From the human T2T-CHM13v2.0 reference genome, Homo sapiens, in NCBI RefSeq assembly GCF_009914755.1, contig NC_060930.1: a stretch of 64,000 nucleotides of DNA, one strand, 5' to 3'. Below the pieces are notes generated by a model that saw only the letters and a program-made list of their open reading frames with translations, did no database searches and was not told where the DNA came from. The position numbers and the translations under genes are program-made. Within the stretch, counting starts at the first letter, position 1; each line of letters opens with the position of its first letter. Shown here one piece after another: positions 1 through 16,447 of the stretch.

Positions 1-52
1 AGTGAGCCACTGCACTTCAGCCTATCTGACAGAGCAAGATCCTGTCTCCAAA

Positions 53-555
53 AGGAAGGAAGGGAGGGAAGAAGCAAGGAAGGAAGGAAGGAAGGAAGGA
101 GAAAAAAGAAGGGAGGGAGGGAGGAAGGAAGAAAGGAAAGATGGAAGAAAGGAAGGAAGGGAGGGAGGAGAAAGAGAAAGAAAAAGAAGGAAGGAAGAAG
201 GGAAGGAGGGAGGGAAGGGAGGAAGGGAGGGAGGGTGAAAGGAAGGAAAGAAGGAAGGAAGGAGAAAGAAAAGGAAGAGAGAAAGAGAAAGGAAAAGAAG
301 GAAGGAAGAAGGGAAGGAGGGAGGGAAGGGAGGAAGGGAGGGAGGGTGAAAGGAAGGAAAGAAGGAAGGAAGGAGAAAGAAAAGGAAGAGAGAAAGAGAA
401 AGAAAAAAGAAAGAAGAAAGAAAGAGAGAGAAGGAAAGGAAAGAAAGAAGGAAAGGAAAGAAAGAAAAAGAAAAAGGAAGGAAGGAAAGAAGGAAGGAAG
501 GAAGAAAGAAAAAGAAAGAAGGAAGGAAAGAAAGAAAGAAAGAGAAAGAAAGAAA
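53..555 (+). repeat. Polypurine (GGAA/GAAA/GGGA)n tract grown from an Alu tail (Alu end 1-52)
   Basis: Almost purely A/G; contains a 111-bp direct duplication. Confidence 0.95.
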
Positions 556-564
556 CCGATAAAC

Positions 565-3027
565 TATTCTCTAATTGCTTTGTGGGAGTATGGCCACTTT
601 CATCATATTGATTTTTCCTTTTTTTTTTTTTTTTTTTTTTTTTTTTGCGATAGAGTCTGGCTCTGTCGCCCAGGCTGGAGTGCAATGGCGTGATTTCGGC
701 TCACTGAAACCTCTGCCTCCTGGGTTCAGGTGATTCTCCTGCCTCAGCCTCCCTAGTAGCTGGGATTACAGGTGCACACCATCACGCCTGGATAATTTTT
801 TTGTATTTTTACTAGAGATGGGGTTTCACCATGTTGGCCAGGTTGGTCTCAAATTCCTGACCTCAGGTGATTTGCCTGCCTTGGCCTCCGGAAGTGCTAG
901 GATTACAGATGTGAGCCACCGCGCCCAGACAATATTGATTCTTCCTTTTCCATGAACATGATATTTTTTTCCATTTATTTGTGTCATCTCTGAGTTCTTT
1001 GAGCAGTGGTTTGTAGTTTTCCTTGTAGAGATCTTTCTCCTCCCTAGTTAGCTGTATTCCTAGGTATTTCGTGTGTGTGTGGCAATCGTGAATGGGATTA
1101 CATTCCTGATTTGGCTCTCAGCTTGACTGTTGTGGTGTATAGGAATGTTAGTAATTTTTCCACATTAATTTTGAATGCCAAGACTTTGCTGAAGTTGTTC
1201 ATTAGCTTAAAGAGCTTTTGGGCTGAGACTATGGGGTTTTCTTGATATAGGATCATGCCATCTGCAAATAGGCATAGTTCAATTTCCTCTCTTCCTGTTT
1301 GGATGCCTTTAATTCTTTTTCTTGCTTGTTGCCCTGGCCAAGACTTCCAATACTATGTTGGATAGGAGTAGTGAGAGAGGGTATCCTTGTCTTGCGCTGG
1401 TTTTCAAGGGGAATGCTTCTAGCTTTTTCCCATTTAGTATGGTATTAGCTGTGGGGTTGTCACAGAAGGCTCTTATTATTTTAAGTTATGTTCACTTACT
1501 ACTCAGTTTATTAAGAGTTTTTAACATGAAGGGATATTGAATTTTATCAAAAACCATTCCTGCATCTATTGAGCTAATCATGTGGTTTCTGTCTTTAGTA
1601 CTGCTTATGTAATGAATCAAATTTATTGATTTGCATATGTTGAACTAACCTTGCATCACCAAGATAAAGCATACTTGATCATTGTAGATTAGCTTTTTAA
1701 TGTACTGCTGGATTCAGTTTGCCAGTATTTCGTGGAGGATTTTTGCATCAATCTTCATCAATAATATTTGCCTGAAGTTTTCTTTTGTGTGTGTGTCTGC
1801 CAGGTTTTGGTGCTGATCCTGATGATGCTGGCCTCATAGAATGAGTTAGAGAGGTATCCCTCTTCCTCAATTTTTTGGAATAATTATAACAGGAATGGTA
1901 CCAGCTCTTCTTTGTACATCAGGCAGAATTCAGCTGTGAATTATTCTAGTCCTAGGGGTTTTTTTTGTTTGGTAGTCTACTTATTACTGATTTAATTTCT
2001 GAGATCATTATCAGTCTGTTCAGGGATTGAATTTCTTCCTGGTTCTGTCTTGGGAGGGTGTACGTGTCCAGAAATTTATCAATTTCTTCTAGTTTTCCTA
2101 GTTTATGTGCATAGAGGTGTTTTTAATATTCTCTGATGGTTATTTGTGTTTCTGTGGGGTCAGTGGTAATATCCCCATTGTAATTTCTGAGCGTGATTAT
2201 TTGAATCTTCTCTCTTTTCTTCTTTATTAGTCTAACTAGAGGTCTTTTTTTTTATTAATTTTTTTTTAGGAAACCAATTCCTGGACTCATTGATCTTTTG
2301 AGTGTTGTTTTTTTTTCTGTCTCAATCTCCTTTAGTTCAGCTCTGATTTTGGTTATTTCTTGTCTTCTGCTAGCCTTGATATTGGTTTGTACCTGGTTGA
2401 CCAGTTCTTTTAGTTGTGATGTTAGGTTGTTAAATTGAGGTCTTTCTAACTTTTTCATGTGGGTATTTGATGCATAAATTTCCCACTTAACACTGCCTTA
2501 GCTGTGTCCCAGAGATTCTGGTATGTTGTATCGTTGTTCTCATCAGTTTTAAAGAACTTCTCAATTTCTTCCTTAATTTCATTATTTACACAAAAGTCAT
2601 TCAGGAGCAGGCGGTTCAACTTCCATGTAATTGTAGGGTTTTGAATGAATTTCTTAGTCTTAATTTCTAATTTGATTGCACTGTTGTCTGAAAGATTGTT
2701 TTTTATGATTTCAGTTCTTTTGCATTTGCTGAGGAGTATTTGACTTCCGATTATGTGATCAATTTTAGAGTACATGCCATGTGGTGATGAGAAGAATGTG
2801 TATACTGTTGTTTTGGTGTGGATAATTCTATAGATGTCTATCAGGTCCATTTGATTCAGTGCTGAGTTCAAGTCCTGAATATCTTTGTTAATTTTTTGTC
2901 TCGATGATCTGTCTAATATTATCAGTGAGTTGTTAACATCTCCAAGTATTATTGTGTTGGAGTCTAAGTCTCTTTGAAGGTCCCTAAGAACTTGCTTTAT
3001 GAATCTGGGTGTTCCTGTGTTGGGTGC
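565..3027 (-). mobile_element. L1 ORF2 fragment (endonuclease to RT region), degenerate
   Basis: [40 protein letters not shown]. Confidence 0.9.
619..929 (-). mobile_element. Alu (in L1)
   Basis: Alu consensus; TSD atattgatt(t/c)ttcctt. Confidence 0.93.
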
Positions 3028-5601
<2,574 letters not shown>

Positions 5602-6188
5602 AAATGAATATATATTTAAGAAATGGATAAATTCCTGGACACATACACCCTCTCAAGACTGAACCAGGAAGAAACTGAATTCCTAAACAGACCAATAATG
5701 AGTTCTGAAATTGAGTCAGTAATAAAAAGCCTACCAACCAAAAAAAGCCTGGGACCAGATGGATTCACAGCTGAATTCTACCAGATGGATAAAGAAGACC
5801 TGGTCCTATTCCTATTAAAATTATTCCAAAAAAATTGAGGAGAAGGGATTACTCCCCAATTCATTCTGAGGCCAGCATCATCCTGATACCAAAACCGGGC
5901 AGAAACAACAAAAAAAGAAAATTTCAGGCCAATATTCTTGATGAACATAGATGCAAATATCCTTAACAAAATACTAACAAACCAAATCAAGCAGCACATC
6001 AAAAGCTAATGTACCACGATCAAGTAGATTTTACCCCTGAGATGCAAGGTTAGTTCAACATATACAAATCAACAAATGTGATCCATCACATAAAGCAGAA
6101 TGAAAGGCAACAACCACCTGATCATCTCAATAGATGTGGAAAAGGCTTTTGATAAAATTCAACAGCACTTCATGTTAAAAATGCTCAG

Positions 6189-6925
<737 letters not shown>

Positions 6926-8061
6926 CTCCCTCACCATTCTTATTCAAGATAGTATTGGAAGTCCTGACCAGAACATCAGGCCAGAGAAAGAAATAAAGGG
7001 CATTCAAAGAGGAAGAGTGGAAGTCAAACTATCCCTGTTTGCAGATGATATGATCCTGTGTCTAGAAAACCCTAAATCTCCAAATCTTGGCCCAAAAGTT
7101 CCTTTAGCTGATAAACAACTTCAGCAAAGTTTCAGGATAAAAAAAATCAACATATAAAAATCAGCAGCATTCCTATACACAAAGAACACTCAAGCTGAGA
7201 CCCATATCAAGAACATAATCCCACTCACAATTTCCACACACACACATATTACCTAAGAATACAGCTAACTATGGAGATGAAAGATCTCTACAAGAAGAAC
7301 TACAAAACACTGCTCAGAGAAATCAGAGATGACACAAACAAATGGAAAAAATTATCATTCTCATGGATAGGAAGACTCAATATCATTAAAATGGCCATAC
7401 TGCCCAAAGTAATTTATAGATTCAATGCTATTCCCATTAAACTACCACTGACAGTCTTCACAGAACTAGAACAAACTATTTTAAAATTCATATGGAAGCA
7501 AAACAGAGCCTAAATAGCTAAGGCAATCCTAAGCAAAAGAATAAAGTAAGAGTTACTATGTTGCTCAACTTCAAACTATACTATGAGGCCACAGTAACCA
7601 AAACAGCATGGTACTGGTACAAAAGCAGACACACAGACAAATGGAACAGAATAGAGAGTCCAGAAATAATGCTGTACAACTCCAACCATCTGATCTTTGA
7701 CAAAGATGACAAAAACAAGCAATGAGGAAAGGACTCCTCATTCAATAAACGGTGCTGTACTAACTGGCTAGCCATATGCAGAAGACTGAAGCTGGACTGC
7801 TACCTTACACCATATACAAAAATCAACTTAAAATGAATTAATGACTTAAATGTAAAACCTAAAATCATAAAAACCCTGGAAAGTAACCTAGAATATACCA
7901 TTCTGAACATAGGACTTGGCAAAGATTTCATGGCAAAGACACCAAAAGCAATCACAACAAAAACAAAAATTGACAAATGGGACCTAATTTAACTTAAGAG
8001 CTTCTGTGCAGTAAAAGAAACTATCGACAGAGTAAATAGAAAACCTAGAGAATGGAGAAAA

Positions 8062-8491
8062 TGTCAAGTCCTAATTCGGGAAAAGGAGTCAGGCTGGTGG
8101 GACCAGAAGAAAGCAAAGAGGTAAAACAAATAAGCTGTAAGTCTGTCTTTCCTCATGGTCCAGAACACACAGCCCTCCTGTGCAAATAACTCACAGTCTT
8201 CCCGTGCCCAACTATCATCAGACATCTATAAACTAGCTCACTGCAACCCTGGCATTGTTGCTACTGCACATAGCACTCTGCAGCCTAAGAACCATCCTAT
8301 AAAATCTCCTGCAAGCCTTTGTTTCCGTGCAGTCAGCTTCTCTTCTGCTGGCCTGCCTGCCTGTTGCCTCCTTGCAACATATTTTCCTACTTTCTCTAAT
8401 AAATCTGCTTTTTTTTTCTACCTACAACTGTCTTGGTAAATTCTTTTACCCTGGCGCCACTGGCCCAGATAGTTATTGCTCACCTGCAACA
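8062..8491 (+). mobile_element. Solo LTR (ERVL class, LTR47-like) nested in L1
   Basis: TG...CA ends, 5-bp TSD GAAAA (8057-8061 / 8492-8496), AATAAA at ~8398. Confidence 0.7.
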
Positions 8492-9098
8492 GAAAATATT
8501 TGCAAACTATGCATCTGACAAAGGTCTAATATCCAGAATCTATAAGGAACTTAAACAAATTTACAAGAAAAAAACCAAACAACCTCATTAAAATATGGGC
8601 ATGAACAGACATGAACAGACACTTTTCAAAAGAAGACATACATGCAGCCAACAAACATAGGAAAAAATTCTCAACAGCACTAATTATTAGAGATATGCAA
8701 GTCAAAATCACAATAAGATACCATCTCATACCAGTGTGAATGGCTACTATTAAAAAGTCAAAAAATAACAGATGCTGGTGAGGTTGCAAGGAAAGAGAAT
8801 GCTTATACACTGCTAATAGAAATGTAAATTAGTTCAGCCATTGTGGAAAGCAGTGGGGTGCAAAGAACTAAAAAGAAAATTACCATTTGATTCAGCAATC
8901 CCATTACTGTGTATATACCTAAAGGGATATAAACCATTCTACCATTAAGACACATGCACACATATGTTCACTGCAGCACTGTTCACAATAGCAAAGACAT
9001 TGAATCAACCTAGATGCCCATCAACAGTGGACTGGTTAAAGGAAACGTGGTACATATACACCATGGAATACTATGCAGCCATAAAAAGAATGAGATTC

Positions 9099-9929
9099 TG
9101 TCCAGAATTGGTTCCTTCCGGTGGGTTCTTGGTCTCGCTGACTTCAAAAATGAAGCCATGAACCCTCGTGGTGAGTGTTACAGTTCTTAAAGATGGTGTG
9201 TCCGGAGTTTGTTCCTTCAGATGTTCAAATGTATCCCAAGTTTCTTCCTTCTGGTGGGTTCGTGGTCTTGCTGATTTCAGGAGTGAAGCCGCAGACCTTT
9301 GCTGTGAGTGTTACAGCTCTTAAAGGTGGTGCATCTGGAGTTGTTCATTCCTCCCAGTGGGTTTGTGGTCTCGCTGACATCAGGAGTGAAGCTGCAGACT
9401 TTCACAGTGAGTGTTACAGCTCTTAAAGGTGGTGCGTCCTGAGTTGTTCGTTCCTCCTGGTGGGTTTGTTGTCTTGCTGGCTTCAGGAGTGAAGCTGCAG
9501 ACCTTAGCAGTGAGTGTTACAGCTCATAAAGGTAGTGCGGACCCAAAGAGTGAGCAGCAGCAAGATTTATTGCAAAGAGTGAAAGGACAAAGCTTCCACA
9601 GTGTGGAAGGGGACCTGAGTGGGTTGCAGCTGCTGGCTGGGGTGGCCAGCTTTTATTCCCTTATTTGGCCCTGTCCACATCCTGCTGATTGGTCCATTTT
9701 ACAGAGTGCTGATTGGCACGTTTGCAAACTTTTAGCTAGACACAGAGCACTGATTGGGGCATTTCTACAGAGTGCTGATTGGTGCGTTTACAAACCTTTA
9801 GCTAGATGCAGAGTGCTGATTGGTGTGTTTTCACAGAGTGCTGATTGGTGCTTTTACAATCCTTTAGCTAGACAGAAAAGTTCTCCAAGTCCCTGCCCAA
9901 CCCAGAAGCCCAGCCAGCGTCACCTCTCA
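9099..9929 (-). mobile_element. LTR12 (ERV9) solo LTR nested in L1
   Basis: Minus strand begins TGAGAGGTGA; tandem GTGCTGATTGG (CCAAT) repeats and GTGAGTGTTACAGCTC repeats. Confidence 0.9.
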
Positions 9930-10782
9930 AGATCATGTCCTTTGCAGGAACATGGATGGAGCTGGAGGCCATTATCTTATGCAAACTAACATAGGGACAA
10001 AAAACCAAATACCACATGTTCTCACTTATAAGTGGGAACTAAACATTGAGTACACATGGATACAAAGAAGAGAACAGTAGATATGGGGACCTACTTGAGG
10101 GTGAAGGATAGGAGGAGGGAAAGGATCAGGAAAAATACCTGTGAGATACTATGCTTATTACCTTGGTGATGAAATTATCTGTACATCAAACACACCTGAC
10201 ATGCAGTTTACCTATAGAGCAAACCTGTACATGTATCCCTAAAACTAAAATAAAAGTTTAAAATAAAAAAGAAAGAAATTAGTTGAATACTTTTTTCTCA
10301 GTGAAATGCTTATGCAAACAAATATCATACACTTTTATTTCAGAGATTTCGGGATCATAAAGGGTGTGTACCAAGGACAGTTTGTGACTAGCCTCCTCAC
10401 ATTATCCCTCACATTATCATTTCTCATCTCTTCTCCCCTAAACTTTCATGCCAACAGCAGACTAGGTAAGTTTCCCTTTCCTGCATCTCTAATGATTCAG
10501 GGCGATTAAGGTCTCCTTCTCCAGCCCCCTGCACCACCATTCCCACCCCCATCTCATCTCATCTCTGCCCAGAAGGCTGGAAGGACAAGCTGAAGCTCCC
10601 TCCTGTGTTCCCTCCCACAGCAGACACACAGACAAATCCCCACTCTACACTCACCTACCTGAGCCCTCCTAATTCCTTCTGGCTCACAATCCTACACCCT
10701 CCCACAGGGTGCTTACGTGTGCATACACACACACTCCCTGTTCTCAGGGACCCTACTGCCCTCCCCCACCCGCCTTGCTCAC

Positions 10783-11052
10783 CTCGCCTGTGCATGGAGA
10801 AGCTCTCAAAAACCCCGTAGTTGTGTCTGCAGTAGGTGTCCAACAGACCCCGCAAGCAGCCCAAGAGGTTCTTCTGGCTGTTTGCATTCCTGGACTCTTC
10901 TCCGCTCCAGCTCCGCCACCGCCCGGAACTTTCTGACGTCCCTATGGAAGCGCGCATACTCCTTCCGGTGTGGACGAGTCTCTGCACAAACCGCATCCGC
11001 TCTGTCCCATTGCAGAAATAGCACTCGTGTTTAATCTGCTCCAAGAAATGTG
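10783..11052 (-). pseudogene. HLA-DRB9: HLA-DRB9 exon 2 fragment
   Basis: HFLEQIKHECYFCNGTERMRF...[19 protein letters not shown]; acceptor AG mutated to GG (11053-11054); -1/+1 indels; no exons 3-6 downstream; lies on the 3' side of DRB3 as expected. Confidence 0.9.
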
Positions 11053-12339
11053 CCGCAGGGACATGAAGAACCGGTTTCTTGGGCGGCATCCTAGGAAAAG
11101 AGTGATGGCTATGCCCACAATCAGCAGGGCGAGGGGCGGAACACCTTGACTGGCCCCCACCAGCCACCCCCGACCACCTAGGGGTTCCTCTTCCATCTGC
11201 CTGAGGCGGAGGGAGGCTGCGAGGGGCGTGGAATACCATTTGGGATCCGCTACCCATTTCCGAGCTGAGCTGGACGCCTCTTTGCAAGGCTCTGGATCAG
11301 GATCACCTTCCTCATCACTGTCTCCTGCGCTTCCTCCTCCTGGGAGCCTCCATCCAAAAGACACTTCTGCTGCCTCCTATCATGCCACACTCTACTCATT
11401 CCTTAAACAAGACCCACTGCCTCCATTCTGTAAATGCTTCCTTAGTGCTTACCTTGTGTCTCATCTGTGCCGTCTCCTGGGAATCCAAACGGGAAAAATA
11501 GACCTCATCCCTCCGCTGGAGGAGCTTAAAGAGAAGTGAAATTGATGGCAAAAAACCAAACACGCAACACCTTATACAGGAACGAAAAATGTTAAGAGAA
11601 GTGTGGAGTTCTAGAAGAAAGAATAGGATGATCTAAATTACATTAGGGTGCCAGAGAAGGACTCTGAGAGTGACAGCTCAAATGTGACCTTACAGGTTTA
11701 GTGGGTGTGAGCCAGGGGGCAGAGTGGAGCCCGTGTGTGTCTCTGGACAAAAAGGGAGGCACATTTCAGGTAAGCATAATATCATGTACAAAAGCTTGAA
11801 AGAATTGATGAACTTCTTCAAGAAACCAGAAAAAAGTTCACTAAAGCACAGCATGAAGGAAAGGAGGGGAAAAGATTAAACTGGAGAAATCACAAGAAGG
11901 GAACAATTAAAATCATTGTCATGTTAGGATTTCGATTTATACTAAATGTAATGGGAAACAGTTGAAGAGTCCATGACCCCAACACAGGTCCACAAACTTT
12001 TTTTTTTGGACTTTCTAAATCCAGAAAACTCACGAATTCACTTGCTGTTGTTTTTAATTTGTTGCCGAAACTCATTTGGCAAATCTGATCTGAAGAGGTA
12101 AGGACTCAAAAGTGTCACAGAGCTCTTACTGGTGACATGTGCATCTGTAGTTTCAATATATATAAACATACAAACATACGTATGCATGTGTAAATACACA
12201 CAGATTTCAAATACTGTGCATGTATATATTTTTGATGTTTTTGTATTTATGTTTAAATGAACTATGAAAAATAAAAAATAAAGAAAAATCCTTGTGTTTA
12301 ATAAAATGAGATGAATAGAAAGCATTTTTAAAATAATAA

Positions 12340-12716
12340 TTTTTTTTTTAAGTTCTGGGTACATGTGCAGGATGTACAGGTTTGTTACACAGGTAAACAT
12401 GTGCCATGGTGGTTTGCTGCAGCTATCAACCCATTACCTAGGTATTAAGCCCAGCACGCATTGGCTCTTTTCCCTAATGTTCTCCCCAGCTCTGCCCTCC
12501 CCCAGCAGACCCCAGTAAGTGTTGTTCTCCTCCCTGTGTCCATGTGTTCTCATTGTTTAGCTCCCATTTATATGTGAGAACATGCGGTGTTTGGTTTCCT
12601 GTTTCTGTGTTAATTTGCTGAGGATAATGGCTTCCAGCTTCATCCATGTCTCTGCAAAGGACGTGATCTCATTCCTCTTTATGGCTGCATAGTATTCCGT
12701 GGTGTATATGTACCAC
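12340..12716 (-). mobile_element. Short L1PA 3'-end insertion in DRB9 intron 1
   Basis: L1 3'UTR; TSD GAATAGAAAGCAT at ~12314 and ~12720; empty site in DRB3 ~49810. Confidence 0.85.
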
Positions 12717-13111
12717 AGTGAATAGAAAGCATCTTACATTATCAGTAGTATAAAATGTAGAATTACTGCAGAAATCTGAAGCATTTTACTGAAAAATATT
12801 TGGGATAGTCGTCACCATTTATGACTTATAATTACCAGTTGTTGAAAGTTAATAGAGATAGTAATTATCAAGAACACATCAAAATTTTGAAATAAACTGC
12901 ATAACGCAAAAAAGTAAAAATGAAAATCTTGAACCTGCATTGATTGAATGGATTCATCAAGAAAGCAGTGAATTTATGCAACTGTCTAGTTTTTTTTTTT
13001 TTTTTTTTGGCAATGAAACAAGCAAAACTAAGCCATGAAGAGCTGAACTAAGAGATAAATGTGTTTTAAAAGTGTGAGTCTAGAATTTTTAGAAGAAACA
13101 CAATGTAAACC

Positions 13112-13337
13112 AGTGTTCTCAGCCTTGGCACTATTGACATTTTGGACTAGATAATATTTTCTTGGTGAGAGGAGCTGTCTACTAGGGTCCCTAGCTTCTA
13201 CTTGTTACATGTCAGAAGAAACTCCTGGTGTGACAACCAAAAATGGCTCCAGACATTGCCAAATGTTCCCTAGGGAGTTGGGAGAGGGAAGGGAGGGACA
13301 GAGGGGTGGTGAACTATCCCTGGGTGAGACCCACTAG
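13112..13337 (-). mobile_element. MER20 DNA transposon (paralogous copies at ~31040-31275 and ~50179-50412)
   Basis: CAGTG(T/C)TCTCA..GCACTATTGACATTTTGG...GTGACAACCAAAAAT..CTCCAGACATTGCCAAATGT. Confidence 0.75.
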
Positions 13338-13726
13338 TGTAACCATCTGAAAAATCTATGGTTAAAAAGCCGCTATTAATTATGGAATATTTGAGATTTA
13401 CACTGAAAACTCTGCCAATATTCTATCTATTTAAAATCTTGGTCCTACATAAAACTTAGGATTTTTAGGAATCTAGTCCCAGTGCAGAGCTATTTTTCTA
13501 GCAAAATTAATTCATTCAGAACCAAGGTTTACTGATTTATTTGCCTTCCCAGTCGCCAAGTCATATTCTTAATTTCTGTGTCACTGGTCCACTACTCACT
13601 GCCTCAGCTAATTCATTTTCTAACTTTCAGTTTCCTACTCCCAACAATACAAGGAGGCATCAAATTACCAACCTTGGACAGAGGCAGAACTCTCATTTCT
13701 GTAGTTAAGCCTTCTCAGAAGGGGAG

Positions 13727-14091
13727 TGCTATGGTTTGGCTGCGTAAGCATTTCAATCTTGTCTTGAATTGTAGCTCCCACAATTCCCACGTGTTGTGGG
13801 AGGGACCAGGTGGGAGATAGTTGAGTCATGGGGGCAGGTCTTTCCCCATGCTGTTCTCATGACAGTGAATAAGTCTTATGAGATCTGATGGTTTTATAAA
13901 GGGAAAAACCCTTTCGCTTGCTGTCATTCTTCTCTTGCCTGCCATCATGTGAGACATGCCTTTCACCTTCCGCTGTGATTGTGAGATCTCCCCAGCCACA
14001 TGGAACTGTGAGTCTATTATAGCCCTTTTTCCTTATAAATTATCCAGTCTTGGGTATGTCTTTATCCGCAGCCTGAAAACAGACTAATACA
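13727..14091 (+). mobile_element. THE1 solo LTR in DRB9 intron 1
   Basis: TG..CA ends, 5-bp TSD GGGAG; empty sites at ~31718 and ~50854. Confidence 0.88.
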
Positions 14092-14367
14092 GGGAGAAAC
14101 TAAGAAGATGGCATTCTCTCATAGATAGTTTCCAAAAAACGAGCAAGTCCCCAGATTTTGCGTAGAGACTTTCACAAGCTCCCTTCACCCTTCAGAAATG
14201 ATAGCAGAGAGGAGAGCACTTTGGATGAGATAAGGTCTATCTTATTATTCCTAAATTCTCTGAGCACCTTCTTCACAGATAAGAATGTTGAAAAATAAAA
14301 ATATGTGAAGTTGCCGTCACTGTAGCTTGCATAGTTAGCACTGCAGTCTATGCTCATGTGCCAAGCT

Positions 14368-14495
14368 TAGATTGCCATATTTAGCAAATAAAAATAGAGG
14401 GTGCCTAGTTAAATTTGGATTTCAAATACATTATTGTTGTTTATCTGAAGTTCGGATTTAACTGGGTATCCTGTACTTTATTTGGCAACCTTAGC
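14368..14495. mobile_element. MER53-like palindromic MITE (paralogs ~31974-32095, ~51127-51250)
   Basis: TTGCCA.ATTTAGCAAATAAAA...TTTATTTGGCAACC inverted termini. Confidence 0.6.
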
Positions 14496-16447
14496 CCAAC
14501 TTGCTAATAATGCTCAGAAGGAGTGAATTTAATACTTCTTTGTTTTCTTTAACACATGCCTATGACAGCGTGCACATAGGGAAGTTTTCAAATGATAAAT
14601 GCAAAATGAATGAAAGTTTCTCCTTTACATTGGGACTAGCAGACCTTGCATCTCTCTCCCACCCTGAGACACACCCTGTACATAAGAAATTCTATCAATA
14701 ATTCAGACTCAGTCTAGTCACTATTCACTAATGGTGGTTGTAAGCTAAGGCTCTAGAATCAGGAAATCTGAATTTAAACATGACCCCTTCTACTTGGGTT
14801 AATTTTAACAATCATTAACCTTTAAATATATATATAAAATGGATCCAACAGTAATATATTCCTCACAGGATTATTGTTGAGGGTAAAACTAAGCAGTGGC
14901 TCTTCTTAGTGCTGATAATATAATAATCACTCTAATATATTACCATTTTATTTTTACAATCCCTATAAAGGAAAGCTTCATTATTTTTCTATTCCTTAAC
15001 TTCTAAAGCAAGTAACGTCTACATCATGATTTGGCAATTGTCTTTTATTAATTTAGCACTAATTACCATTTTAAACACATGAGGACAGAAACACTGGTTT
15101 ATATATAATAATTCACATGCCTAAACCTCACACAAAAGGAGATTGCTGATATCGAAGAGAGGGACTTCATATATACTCAGATTTAAATTGCAATCGGATT
15201 TCTAGCACTAACTTTGTGACAGTGGGTAAGTTCATTATACCCTTTGAATTTTAGATTCCAAAGATGTATATGCTTTTAAATACCAAAGATATGATAGGAT
15301 AGGTATTAGATTTCCATACCAAAATTTATAAGCCTGGTAATTAGTCACTGCAAAATATTACAATACTCCACGCTAATACAGACCAGATTTGCTTTGTTTA
15401 TTACTCCATTCTCATCACCCAAGGTAATAACTAGTATATTCTAAGTCACTAATAAATATTGGCTGTATGAACTAATAGCCTTTTGCATAACCTGTCACCA
15501 CTGTACACAGGGGCCTTCTAGTGCTTCATTGCCAATGACTGAGCATCTGTCTCTGGTTCACAGGTCATCCAGCTTCTTTGTTCATTTTCTTTAGATCCAG
15601 CTGGCTCCCTGATCCCAGAGCATAGTCTTTCCCTGAGGCTCGCTACTCAAAAGAGTCAAACTTCATCCAGCCCTCACTTCTTCCACCCGCTCTTCAACTG
15701 GTCCAATCCACTTTCCATCCTGGATACTCCACTGACTGCAAATACCAACTCCTCCAAACCCAGTACTTGCGTCTCTGTCACGTTCTTACTTCACTCACCT
15801 GTCAGTGGTTCTCACCACAACTGGCCACTCCCTCGCCTCGAAAAAATCATTTTTCTTTGATTCCCATGCATCACATTCCTTGGGTTTTTTTTCTCCAGCA
15901 TCTCTGGGGAATCTTCTCAGTCCCTTATGCTGTCCTGTGGCCCTCTGATATTTTTTCTACACAAAAATCTATCTCCCTCTGCAACCTCTTCCACTTCCCT
16001 GGAATTTAACACAGAACCTGCATCGACCCCAACATAAATACCTCCAGCCCTGGCCTCACCCTGAACTCCTCTCTTATATTCAGTTGACTTCCTGATTGCT
16101 TCATGTGAGTTCAAAAATCATCTCAATTTTAATAAACACAATTGTCATTTCTAATCACCCACTTCAAATCATTTCCTCCCATATTCTTCCCTATTTCAAT
16201 AAGCAGCACCACCATCCACCTATTTATCAAGGCAAAATACTTAGAAATAAGTTACATTTAATCCATTAACAAGTCATGCAAAAAGACATCCCAAGTCTGT
16301 TCACTTTATCTGGATCTGTCTTTGTCACTACTACACTACATGAAGCCAAAAATTTGTCTTCCCTGGAGAATTCTGCTGTTCTCCACTTGTGAACCCCAAC
16401 AATCCAATCTCCACATAGTAGCTAGAATTATTTTTAAAATTGAATAT

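Noticed and set aside
2-693. K/E/R-rich and F/S/L-rich ORFs up to 222 aa
   Set aside because: Artefacts of a stop-free polypurine tract
9150-9870. Regularly repeated units resembling a CRISPR-like array
   Set aside because: Internal tandem repeats of LTR12; no unique spacers; eukaryotic context
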